From: Candidatus Saccharimonadales bacterium
GTDB taxonomy: Bacteria; Patescibacteriota; Saccharimonadia; Saccharimonadales; DASZAF01
Direction: 5' to 3'
DNA length: 64,000 nt
Assembly: GCA_035480055.1 (NCBI GenBank)
Contig: DATIIB010000006.1
Coordinates: 9,209-73,208, forward strand
This document shows positions 43,585-51,622 of this stretch, piece by piece; the stretch's first letter is position 1; each line of letters opens with the position of its first letter. The position numbers and the translations under genes were made by a program. Under the pieces are notes generated by a model that saw nothing but the letters and a program-made list of their open reading frames with translations, searched no databases and had not been told where the DNA came from.

Positions 43585-44190
43585 ATGGCAACCAAAAAGA
43601 AGCAACCAACTATTCTCAAACTTTCACTTGCGTGTGGAGGCAACAAACCTGAGGGTTTCAAGGGCGTTGATATTGTCAAAACCAAAGAGACCGATTATGT
43701 CCAGGATTTACTCACTTTTCCCTGGAAGCAGTTCGCTGATAACTCAGTGGATGAGATTGAATGTGCCAACTTTGTGGAACATATTCCTCACGGTGACAGT
43801 CGCCATGATCCATTCTTTCAGTTCTTTGATGAAATCTACCGCATCCTTAAGCCGGCAGAGTTTGAGCCGACCAATCCAAACATTGCGACCAAAGGTTTTG
43901 CCAATATCATCTGCCCGTATTATTCCAGCATGCGTGCGTGGCAAGATCCTACGCACCAACGGGCAATCTCTGAGGCCAGCTTTTTATATTTGAACAAACA
44001 ATGGCGAATCGATAATAAACTGGATCATTACCCGATCAGTTGCGACTTTGATTTTACCTACGGCTACATATTGACCCCTGATTGGCAGAATCGCAGCCAA
44101 GAATCGCAAGCGTTTGCCATTCAGCACTACCTGAATGTGGTGACTGATGTCCAAGTGCGACTGGTCAAACGCACTGCTGACAAGGGTTAG
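43585..44190 (+). CDS. class I SAM-dependent methyltransferase
   Basis: Motif I LSLACGGNKPEGFKGVDI, motif DNSVDEIECANFVEHIP, RILKP; AAGGAG SD. Confidence 0.7.
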   Translation: MATKKKQPTILKLSLACGGNKPEGFKGVDIVKTKETDYVQDLLTFPWKQFADNSVDEIECANFVEHIPHGDSRHDPFFQFFDEIYRILKPAEFEPTNPNIATKGFANIICPYYSSMRAWQDPTHQRAISEASFLYLNKQWRIDNKLDHYPISCDFDFTYGYILTPDWQNRSQESQAFAIQHYLNVVTDVQVRLVKRTADKG

Positions 44191-44192
44191 GT

Positions 44193-45104
44193 ATGCTGCG
44201 ACGCGCCGGTTGGCTGATGGTGGGTGCGCTTTTGGTGACGTTGCTTGGCGCATCAGGCGGGCAGGCATATGCGCAGGCCCAGCAGGCCAAAAACAAAGGG
44301 CTCTTTATCACGCCGCTGCGGGAATATCCGACAGTCACGCCCGGACAACCACATAACGGCACCATGACGGTAGCTAATCTTACCGACAAACCATTAACCG
44401 TCACGCTATCGGCTCAAAAGTTTTCGGTCGCTGACTACACCTATGATTATCAATTTGAAGACGCCAAAGACGATTGGATTAAGCTCAGTGCAACACAGCT
44501 GCAGCTCAAACCAGACCAGAGTCAACCCATCACCTATAGCATTGCTGCGCCCAAAAGTGCAATGCCTGGCGGACACTACTTTGCGATCTTTGCGAGCGCA
44601 AGCTTGGACAGTGGATCCGTGCTTACCAAGGTACAAGTTGCCACGGTTTTATATGTGACCGTTAATGGAGATTTACACCGCACCGGCCAGATACAAAGCG
44701 GGCATATTCCCAAGGTGGCTTTTGGCGACAAGATTCCTTTTTCGCTTAACGCCAAAGATACAGGCAATACGCACTTTTTTATGTATCCATTTGGGCGACT
44801 GCAAGGTATCTCAGCCCGTAATAATTCCCCCGAGTCAGCACATTTGCTGTTGCCAGGCGCAGTGCGAGCAGTGGGTGGAACAATTCCGGCACCACTCCTG
44901 CCGGGTGTCTATAAAGCTGTGTATGGGTATCGGATTGATAATGGCGCAACTTTACAGCAGGCTTCGTACGTAGTGTATCTTCCGCCATGGTCGTTGGCTA
45001 TTCCGGCGGGGATGATTTTGATTGGGCTGTGGATTCGTAGCCGCCTCAAAGGTGCACCGAATCGCCGGCGGCTTATTGATTCTTGGCAACGGCGGTATAA
45101 GTAA
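44193..45104 (+). CDS. DUF916/DUF3324-like cell-surface protein with C-terminal TM anchor (paralog of 38228..39280)
   Basis: Signal peptide ...GGQAYAQA; LFITPLREYPTVTPGQPHNGTMTVANLTDKPL; C-terminal LAIPAGMILIGLWI + basic tail. Confidence 0.55.
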   Translation: MLRRAGWLMVGALLVTLLGASGGQAYAQAQQAKNKGLFITPLREYPTVTPGQPHNGTMTVANLTDKPLTVTLSAQKFSVADYTYDYQFEDAKDDWIKLSATQLQLKPDQSQPITYSIAAPKSAMPGGHYFAIFASASLDSGSVLTKVQVATVLYVTVNGDLHRTGQIQSGHIPKVAFGDKIPFSLNAKDTGNTHFFMYPFGRLQGISARNNSPESAHLLLPGAVRAVGGTIPAPLLPGVYKAVYGYRIDNGATLQQASYVVYLPPWSLAIPAGMILIGLWIRSRLKGAPNRRRLIDSWQRRYK

Positions 45105-45636
45105 CCGCCACTGAGTAATTACCAGCTTCTTGGGTGCCACTGGTAAGAGCGCCATAGGTGACAGTGGTCGGGTCGCCACTTTTGAAGGGTCCGCTAGCAT
45201 CTTTTAATAGCACGCCAGTAGAGTTCATGCCCAAAAAGTTGGTGGTGGAACCTGCGGTATTGTAGCCCCACGTGCCAACCGATAATGCTGCGGCAGAACT
45301 GTTGCTACTGGCTGGAATGGTTGCGCTGCCGTTGACCATGCTGGAGCTGCCAGTGGTATGTGCATAGAGCATGTAGCCCACAACATCGGTGGAAGTGACG
45401 GTGACAGTGTGCGAACCGGTGCCGCTAAAGTTTGCACCGCTGGACGCGAGGCTGATGTTAACATTGCCGCCCAGCGAAATCGATAAGCTGGTGGCTGACC
45501 CAAACGGCACATCTGCACCAAACACTCCCTGACCAAAGGGTGATGCCCAGGCAGGACGTGCCAAAATCACTGCACCCGCCAGCACGATCAATCCAGCGGC
45601 GCGGCGCCACGTTATCCAAGAAGCTACTGCTTTCAT
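45073..45636 (-). CDS. secreted WxL-like beta protein (paralog of C-terminal half of 37170..38213)
   Basis: Signal peptide ...ARPAWASP; ends AGNYSVAVTYTAVAKNQ (compare WxL-type ...tatLtWtL); 3' end overlaps 44193 gene by 32 nt. Confidence 0.6.
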   Translation of the reverse strand: MKAVASWITWRRAAGLIVLAGAVILARPAWASPFGQGVFGADVPFGSATSLSISLGGNVNISLASSGANFSGTGSHTVTVTSTDVVGYMLYAHTTGSSSMVNGSATIPASSNSSAAALSVGTWGYNTAGSTTNFLGMNSTGVLLKDASGPFKSGDPTTVTYGALTSGTQEAGNYSVAVTYTAVAKNQ

Positions 45637-45654
45637 GCTGACTAGTATAGCATT

Positions 45655-45688
45655 CCAAAAATATAAGCCCCCGGTCGGGAGCTTATAT
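45655..45688 (-). terminator. intrinsic terminator after RRM protein gene
   Basis: On - strand TATAAGCTCCCG-ac-CGGGGGCTTATA followed by TTTTTGG. Confidence 0.65.
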
Positions 45689-45707
45689 TGTGCGAATGGG
45701 CTACTAA

Positions 45708-46067
45708 TTAGTACCGGCGTCCACCACCGTGGTCGTCACGGCGTCCGCCGCCATTGCCACCGCGGAAGCCACCGCCTCCGCCTCCGCCACCACCGCCGTA
45801 CGAACGTGGTTCGCGGCGTTCTTGAGGGCGTGCTTCGTTGACAACGATTGCGCGACCATTGTAGTCTTTGCCATCGAGTTCTTTAATTGCGGTTTTGGCT
45901 GCTTCGTCATCTTCCATCTCAACAAAGCCGAAGCCTTTTGAGCGGTTGGTGTCGCGATCAATGATAACCTTGGCTGAAGCGACGGTGCCAAAAGAGGCAA
46001 ATAAATCGCTGAGCTCGTCATCGGTAACGGTGTAGGGCAAACTGCCTACAAATAGTTTTATGGCCAT
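45708..46067 (-). CDS. RRM-type RNA-binding protein with Gly/Arg-rich tail
   Basis: RNP2 KLFVGSL, RNP1 KGFGFVEM, C-terminal GGGGGGGGGFRGGNGGGRR; GAAGGAA SD. Confidence 0.9.
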   Translation of the reverse strand: MAIKLFVGSLPYTVTDDELSDLFASFGTVASAKVIIDRDTNRSKGFGFVEMEDDEAAKTAIKELDGKDYNGRAIVVNEARPQERREPRSYGGGGGGGGGGFRGGNGGGRRDDHGGGRRY

Positions 46068-46096
46068 GTGATTCCTTCTTATTGCTAACCTGACCA

Positions 46097-46516
46097 TTAT
46101 AGCACGCGGCAGTCTTGACAAAGCCCACTAAGTTCCAAATGATGCGAAGTAATTTCGACACCAAGTTGGGTAGCTACCGTACGCAAACTGGTTTCGACCT
46201 CATGGCTATCAAAATCGATAAAGGCATGACAGGCGCGACACCAAAAGTGGTGATGATGCGCGTCGAACGCATCGCTCAGTTCAATCATCCGGCGGTTGCC
46301 GGTGCCAATGTCTCGGAGAATGTTCAGTTCGCGAAAGAGCTTGATGTTGCGGTAGGTGGTGGCCGGGTCAATCGCTATTTTTTGCATTTCGGCCACAAAG
46401 GCCGGAATAGCAATCGGCGCTTTGCGGGTAAGCGTCTTAAAGATCGCCCATCGGGCAGAGCTGAGTCGTTCGTGATGCTTTTTAAGAGTTGTTTCAAACT
46501 GTTTGGCGTGGTCCAT
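46097..46516 (-). CDS. zur: Fur family transcriptional regulator (probable Zur)
   Basis: Winged helix ...ATTYRNIKLFRELNIL; HHHHFWC..C and C-terminal CQDC metal sites; divergent from znuACB. Confidence 0.8.
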   Translation of the reverse strand: MDHAKQFETTLKKHHERLSSARWAIFKTLTRKAPIAIPAFVAEMQKIAIDPATTYRNIKLFRELNILRDIGTGNRRMIELSDAFDAHHHHFWCRACHAFIDFDSHEVETSLRTVATQLGVEITSHHLELSGLCQDCRVL

Positions 46517-46522
46517 ACTCGA

Positions 46523-46528
46523 ATTATA
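46523..46528 (-). promoter_or_regulatory. -10 hexamer TATAAT 6 nt before zur ATG (leaderless)
   Basis: - strand TATAATtcgagtATG. Confidence 0.5.
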
Positions 46529-46547
46529 TGCATAAATACTTGCATAT
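46526..46547. promoter_or_regulatory. inverted repeat ATATGCA-N8-TGCATAT (candidate Zur operator 1)
   Basis: Perfect 7-bp arms overlapping zur -10. Confidence 0.5.
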
Positions 46548-46562
46548 GCAAATAATTTGCAT
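46546..46562. promoter_or_regulatory. 17-bp perfect palindrome ATGCAAATAATTTGCAT (candidate Zur operator 2)
   Basis: 8-1-8 AT-rich palindrome of Fur/Zur-box size just upstream of znuA. Confidence 0.6.
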
Positions 46563-46581
46563 TAATGCTCGCGAGTACGAT

Positions 46582-47529
46582 ATGCTCAGACGTATGCAGA
46601 AAAAGCAGATCCTCTTTTTTGGTATTCTCGACTGTCTCTTAATCGCCTTGGTTGCTGGCGTGGTTGTTGCGGGCCACCATCGCAGCGGGCAATCGGACAA
46701 AATTCAGGTAACGGCCAGCTTTTATCCCATGGCTGAGTTTGCTCGCCAAGTGGGCGGTGATAAAGTTGCCGTCAACACTCTGGTAAAACCGGGCGTTGAG
46801 CCACATGACTATGACCCGTCGCCGCAAGATTTGGTAGGGTTGTATCAATCCAAACTTTTTGTCTATAACGGTGCAGGTTTGGAAAAATGGACCGACCGGA
46901 TCCAAAAAGATCTTGCCAGCAATCATGTTACGGCGGTGCGCGCGAGCGATGGCATACAGCTTCTGGCTCCTTTTGCCGATGACGAAGAGGGAAGTGGTGC
47001 GGCTACCGATCCACATGTCTGGCTCGATCCAATGCTTGCGATCAAGGAAGTGACCGCCATTAAAGATGGTTTGGTAAAGATCGATCCAGCCAATCAAACA
47101 TATTATGAGGCTCACGCTCAAGCCTTTACACAGCAATTGACCGATTTGGACACCGCATACAAAAACGGCTTGCAGCAATGTCAGCGCCGCGATATCGTCA
47201 CTTCGCACCAGGCCTTTCGTTATCTGGCGCAGCAGTATAATCTAACCTCAGTCTCAATCTCTGGCTTGTCGCCCGACGATGAACCTTCGCCGCAAAAACT
47301 GGCCGACGTGGCGCAATTTGCTAAAGCTCACGATGTGCAGTATATCTTCTTTGAATCGCTGGCAAGTCCAAAGCTATCGCAAACCATTGCCAGCGAAGTT
47401 GGCGCAAAGACTCTAGTTTTTAATCCGCTTGAAGGTCTCACCGATAGTGATATCGCGCTGGGCAAAAATTATCTCTCGGTCCAAAAAGAGAATTTGCAGA
47501 ACCTTCGGACAGCGCTAGACTGTAAGTAA
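46582..47529 (+). CDS. znuA: zinc/manganese ABC transporter substrate-binding protein (TroA/ZnuA family)
   Basis: TASFYPMAEFARQVGGD, DPHVWLDP, His/acidic loop DDEEGSG; starts at 46546 or 46594 also possible. Confidence 0.85.
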   Translation: MLRRMQKKQILFFGILDCLLIALVAGVVVAGHHRSGQSDKIQVTASFYPMAEFARQVGGDKVAVNTLVKPGVEPHDYDPSPQDLVGLYQSKLFVYNGAGLEKWTDRIQKDLASNHVTAVRASDGIQLLAPFADDEEGSGAATDPHVWLDPMLAIKEVTAIKDGLVKIDPANQTYYEAHAQAFTQQLTDLDTAYKNGLQQCQRRDIVTSHQAFRYLAQQYNLTSVSISGLSPDDEPSPQKLADVAQFAKAHDVQYIFFESLASPKLSQTIASEVGAKTLVFNPLEGLTDSDIALGKNYLSVQKENLQNLRTALDCK

Positions 47530-48278
47530 TGAACGCACCGCTTATTGCCCTATCAAATGTCTCGTTTCGCTATGGTCACACGCCAGTGCTAGACCAGATT
47601 AATCTCGAGATTCACAAAGGTGAGTACGTGGGCGTGATTGGCCCAAATGGCGGAGGTAAGACAACTTTGCTCAAGCTGATACTTGGTCTGCTGCACCCGC
47701 AAGAGGGAACGGTTGAACTGTTTGGCAAGCCGACTCACCAGTTTAAAGAATGGCCGCGAATTGGGTATGTCTCGCAGCACGTCACCAATTTGGATACTCG
47801 CTTGCCCATCACGGTTGCCGAAGTGGTGGCACTCGGTCGCGTGGGGCGGATTGGGCTGCTGCACTTTGCGGGCAAAAAAGATAGGCAAGCGGTGGAAGAC
47901 GCGCTGCACAAAGTTGATATGTGGCCACTGCGCCACCGCTTATTAAGCGAACTCTCGGGCGGTCAACAACAGCGGGTGTTCATCGCCAAAGCCTTGGCGT
48001 CCGAGCCAGAAGTGTTGTTGTTGGATGAGCCGACTGTGGGAATCGATGTGCCGTCGCAGGAAGCTTTTTATCGGCTTTTGGCCAAGCTGAATACGCAAGA
48101 AAAGCTGACTTTGGTGATGGTCTCACATGATATTGATGTGGTGGTCAACGAGGTTACTCGCGTGGCTTGTATCAACGAAACACTCATCTACCACGGAGCG
48201 CCCAAGGAATTTATGGAAAAAGAGTACATGGCGAATTTGTATGGAAAGGGCCGCAAATTTATTTTGCACAATCATTGA
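47529..48278 (+). CDS. znuC: zinc ABC transporter ATP-binding protein
   Basis: Walker A GPNGGGKTT, LSGGQQQRVFIAKAL, LLLDEPTVGID; TAATG overlap with znuA. Confidence 0.9.
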   Translation: MNAPLIALSNVSFRYGHTPVLDQINLEIHKGEYVGVIGPNGGGKTTLLKLILGLLHPQEGTVELFGKPTHQFKEWPRIGYVSQHVTNLDTRLPITVAEVVALGRVGRIGLLHFAGKKDRQAVEDALHKVDMWPLRHRLLSELSGGQQQRVFIAKALASEPEVLLLDEPTVGIDVPSQEAFYRLLAKLNTQEKLTLVMVSHDIDVVVNEVTRVACINETLIYHGAPKEFMEKEYMANLYGKGRKFILHNH

Positions 48279-48279
48279 T

Positions 48280-49092
48280 ATGCTAGAGATTTTCACCTAT
48301 TCATTTATGGTCCGCGCCTTTATTGCAGGTATTGCCATTGGGGTGGTTGCGCCACTGATCGGCACCTTTTTGGTGGCCAAACGGTACGCGTTAATTGCCG
48401 ATAGCTTGGCGCACATTTCGCTGGCAGGTGTGGCCGCCGGAGTGCTGATTGGAATTAATCCAATCTTGAGCGCTTTGGTTGTGGCCGCCGCGGCTGCGGT
48501 ACTGATTGAAAAATTGCGGGCTGGCGGGCGGTTAAGCGGCGAGCTGGCCTTGGCGATGTTTCTTTCCAGCGGCTTGGCGATTGCGGTGGTGTTGATTGGG
48601 CTGGCCCAAAAGGTCAATATCGACCTCTTTTCGTTTTTGTTTGGCAGCATTGCGACCGTGCAGCCGATCGATCTGATGCTGATTGTGCCAATGGCGCTGG
48701 GGATTGTAGCGCTCTCGATCTTGCTCTACAAAGAATTAGCCTATGTCTCGTTTGATGACGAGCAAGCGCGCGTCAGCGGCCTGCCCACCAAGGCGCTCAA
48801 CCAAGCGCTGGTCTTTTTTGCCGCCATAACGGTGGTGGTTTCGCTGCGGATAGTTGGTGGCTTGCTGATCGGCGCCTTGATGGTAATCCCAGTGGCCACG
48901 GCCATGCAACTGGCCAGGAGCCTTAAGCAAACCATTTTCTTTGCGATTACTTTTGGCTTGGCGGCGGTTATTACCGGTTTGTTTGCCGCATTCTATCTCA
49001 GCTTGGCGGCTGGCGGAACGATTGTGATTGTTGCATTGGGGTTATTTGCGATTGCGCTTTTGTGGCGCAAGACCATGACGAGTGCCTCGTAA
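48280..49092 (+). CDS. znuB: zinc ABC transporter permease
   Basis: ABC-3 family pattern MLEIFTYSFMVRAF..., 8 TM; start at 48280 right after znuC stop. Confidence 0.85.
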   Translation: MLEIFTYSFMVRAFIAGIAIGVVAPLIGTFLVAKRYALIADSLAHISLAGVAAGVLIGINPILSALVVAAAAAVLIEKLRAGGRLSGELALAMFLSSGLAIAVVLIGLAQKVNIDLFSFLFGSIATVQPIDLMLIVPMALGIVALSILLYKELAYVSFDDEQARVSGLPTKALNQALVFFAAITVVVSLRIVGGLLIGALMVIPVATAMQLARSLKQTIFFAITFGLAAVITGLFAAFYLSLAAGGTIVIVALGLFAIALLWRKTMTSAS

Positions 49093-49093
49093 G

Positions 49094-49765
49094 ATGCAGA
49101 TTGTATTTACCAAAAAAGTACCAGCCGGCGGAGGGGCAACCTCATTTATCTTTACGCCCAGCGAACCACTCATCTGGATTGCTGGCCAAGCGGTGCGACT
49201 GGAAATTCCTGGGGTGTATGGCCCAGAGGAACACCCTTTTACCATTAGCGCCGCACCGTATCGGCAGCAAATCGAGATCACCACGCGGCCAAGCGAGAGC
49301 ACCTACAAGCAGGCTTTATTTAGTATGGTGCCGGGGACATTGGCGCAAGCGTATGATATTCGCGGTGATTTTACGTGGGGCGAAGGCACGATGCCTCGAG
49401 TATTTGTGGCAAGCGGCATTGGGGTGACTCCTTTCGTGGCCATACTTGGTCAACGCCAGCATGAGTCGCAGCCGCTTTCGGCAACCCTGCTGTATGCCTT
49501 TCGGAAAGGTGAAGGTGTCTTTATAGAGAGACTGCAACAGCTACACGCGGCACATCCTGAATTGCACCTCCATCTTTTGGAAGCTAGTCGCATGAGCGCG
49601 GAGCTGATTAATGTGCACGTTCCAAATCTGGCGGCAAACATGGTTTATTTGGCAGGCCCAACGGTTATGGTAGATGATATCGCCAATGCGCTCTCCCAAA
49701 AATATCGCATCCCAGATGCGCAGCTCAAGAAAGATTGGTTTACCGGCAGACTTGGGCCGGAATAA
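49094..49765 (+). CDS. soluble FNR-like FAD/NAD(P)H oxidoreductase (paralog of C-terminal domain of 31753..33234)
   Basis: HPFTISA, STYKQALFSMVPG, GDFTW, FVASGIGVTPF, C-terminal KKDWFTG align with the fusion protein; starts 1 nt after znuB stop. Confidence 0.7.
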   Translation: MQIVFTKKVPAGGGATSFIFTPSEPLIWIAGQAVRLEIPGVYGPEEHPFTISAAPYRQQIEITTRPSESTYKQALFSMVPGTLAQAYDIRGDFTWGEGTMPRVFVASGIGVTPFVAILGQRQHESQPLSATLLYAFRKGEGVFIERLQQLHAAHPELHLHLLEASRMSAELINVHVPNLAANMVYLAGPTVMVDDIANALSQKYRIPDAQLKKDWFTGRLGPE

Positions 49766-49780
49766 TTTCGGTTCCGCCCA

Positions 49781-50152
49781 TTATTCATCTCCCAATACGG
49801 CCAACGCGGCGGCCGCAAACATCAGCGCAATATCCCGAAAAGTAATCACAAATAAATGAAAGTTGGCCGTGACAATACCGCCAAGCGTGAGTACGCAAAG
49901 GAGAGCGACGTAACGCACGTACACTCCGCTTAGCAGCCACACCACCAGCAAGAGTTCGTAAGCCGAAAAGAATTTTAAGGCTACCGTAGCTGACACATGG
50001 TCGGTAAGCAAAGAGGGGAGATAGCCAACCCAATCATTTGGATTTACAAATGACGAAATCGCTGCGTATAAAAAGATAACCGCCAAGCCAATCCGCAACA
50101 ACATGGCTGCAAGCTTTGGTTTGGAAAAAGAAGCGGTTTTGGACTTGCCCAT
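49781..50152 (-). CDS. hypothetical 4-TM membrane protein (DoxX-like)
   Basis: LLRIGLAVIFLYAAISSF start and four hydrophobic helices. Confidence 0.45.
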   Translation of the reverse strand: MGKSKTASFSKPKLAAMLLRIGLAVIFLYAAISSFVNPNDWVGYLPSLLTDHVSATVALKFFSAYELLLVVWLLSGVYVRYVALLCVLTLGGIVTANFHLFVITFRDIALMFAAAALAVLGDE

Positions 50153-50245
50153 AGTCTGACCTTATTACTCTCTGCACTATAGCATAGCTTGACAGCACCT
50201 GGCATCTAGTTGAGTATAAATAAGTAACCTAAAGGAAGCTTACGT

Positions 50246-50731
50246 ATGAATAAGATGATGAAGATTAGTATTGCCGTGGTGGTAGTTGCGGTCATTGCCG
50301 CCGCCGCAGTGCTGGTGATGCACAAAAAAGATAATGATAAAGATGCTTCTTCTGCAGCCCCAACCAGCTCTAGTAGCTCTACTCACACTGGCTCAAACGG
50401 GAATACCTCAGCCAACGGGAGTTCGTCAACGACACCAAGCAGTAGTGGTGCGAGCACGGCAGCGGCAGTCACCATCAGCTACCTTGGTGATGGCTTTGAA
50501 CTGTCGGCCACCAGCGTGAAGGTTAACTCAGTTATAAAGGTGACCAATACCTCTGACAAGCAACTTGATTTCGATTCTGACCCGCACCCCATCCACACCG
50601 ACGAACCCGAGTTCAACCTGGGGAGTATTGGTCCAGGCGAGAGCAAAACCTTCACCGTGACCAAAAAAGGCACCTGGGGTTTTCATAACCACCTCAATTC
50701 CAGCCAGCACGCCAAAATCACTGTCGACTAG
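50246..50731 (+). CDS. membrane-anchored cupredoxin-like domain protein
   Basis: TM anchor, Ser/Thr-rich linker, C-terminal VKVNSVIKVTNTSDKQLDFDSDPHPIH...GTWGFHNHLNSSQHAKITV (cupredoxin-like beta sandwich with His residues). Confidence 0.55.
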   Translation: MNKMMKISIAVVVVAVIAAAAVLVMHKKDNDKDASSAAPTSSSSSTHTGSNGNTSANGSSSTTPSSSGASTAAAVTISYLGDGFELSATSVKVNSVIKVTNTSDKQLDFDSDPHPIHTDEPEFNLGSIGPGESKTFTVTKKGTWGFHNHLNSSQHAKITVD

Positions 50732-50746
50732 TCTGGCCGAAGATGC

Positions 50747-50779
50747 AAAAGCAGCGTCGTTTTAAGGGCGCTGCTTTTT
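50747..50779 (+). terminator. intrinsic terminator
   Basis: AAAAGCAGCG-(12 nt)-CGCTGCTTTTT. Confidence 0.75.
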
Positions 50780-50794
50780 ATTATCTAACAGAGG

Positions 50795-50803
50795 TGGTAT
50801 ACT
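50795..50803 (+). promoter_or_regulatory. TG-extended -10 (TGgTATACT) 6 nt before folD ATG (leaderless)
   Basis: TGgTATACTactctcATG. Confidence 0.55.
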
Positions 50804-50809
50804 ACTCTC

Positions 50810-51622
50810 ATGCGATTTTTAAACGGTGCTGACCTTGCAGGTTACATGAAAGAACGTCAGGCACGCCAAGTGCGGGGCCTGCGGCAAGCTGCGCATGTGT
50901 TTCCGCGCCTCGCGATTATTTTGACCGACGAGCATCCAGCATCACTTAAATACATACAGCTCAAACAAAAGTATGGCGAAGACATCTTGGTTGACGTGGT
51001 GGTCGAGCAAGTCTCGGTTGATCAAGCCATTACCACAATTGAGCGCCACAACCAAGACCCCCTCACCCATGGGACTATTGTCCAGCTGCCCATTGCCGAT
51101 CCATCGCAGACCGATGCGGTGCTCCGGGCAATTGCGCCCGAAAAAGATGTGGACGGTTTGGGCTCAAATCAGTTCTTTGATCCAGCCACGCCAACTGCCA
51201 TCTTGTGGCTGATGGCCGGGTATAATATTGAACCGCGTGCCAAAAAAGTAGTGGTTATTGGTCAAGGCCGATTGGTGGGCACGCCATTGGTCCGCATGCT
51301 GCAAGATTCTGGCGTCGAGCCGATCATTGCCAACCGCCACAGCGATCTGGTTAAGGTGTGCGAAGACGCAGACATTATTATTACCGCAACCGGTCATCCT
51401 GGCTTGCTCACCAGCGACATCATTCCTCAGAAGGCAGTGGTGATCGACGCGGGTGTGGCCGGCGAAGGTGGCGTGCTTAAGGGTGACGTCGCCGACGATG
51501 TATACACAACCCGCGATGATCTGACCATTACGCCACAAAAAGGTGGCGTGGGTCCACTTACGGTGATTGCGTTATTTGATGCGGTTATCCGGGCTGCCCG
51601 GCGAGTTGCCGAAAACCGGTAG
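50810..51622 (+). CDS. folD: bifunctional methylenetetrahydrofolate dehydrogenase/cyclohydrolase
   Basis: YIQLKQK (YxxxK), HGTIVQLPI, PEKDVDG, TPTAILWLM, VVIGQGRLVGTPL, PQKGGVGPLT. Confidence 0.9.
   Translation: MRFLNGADLAGYMKERQARQVRGLRQAAHVFPRLAIILTDEHPASLKYIQLKQKYGEDILVDVVVEQVSVDQAITTIERHNQDPLTHGTIVQLPIADPSQTDAVLRAIAPEKDVDGLGSNQFFDPATPTAILWLMAGYNIEPRAKKVVVIGQGRLVGTPLVRMLQDSGVEPIIANRHSDLVKVCEDADIIITATGHPGLLTSDIIPQKAVVIDAGVAGEGGVLKGDVADDVYTTRDDLTITPQKGGVGPLTVIALFDAVIRAARRVAENR

Noticed and set aside
36097-45636. Prophage or phage-tail-like particle interpretation of the tail-fibre-like cluster
   Set aside because: The region has no capsid, terminase, portal, sheath, tube, baseplate or integrase genes and no att repeats. 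It is flanked by signal-peptide and TM-anchored cellular surface proteins. It is treated as a chromosomal surface locus that may have borrowed fibre modules.
50189-50220. Sigma70 promoter TTGACA ... TATAAA upstream of the cupredoxin-like gene
   Set aside because: The spacer is 20 nt to TATAAA, or 17 nt to the poor hexamer GAGTAT. It is plausible but too ambiguous to list as a feature.
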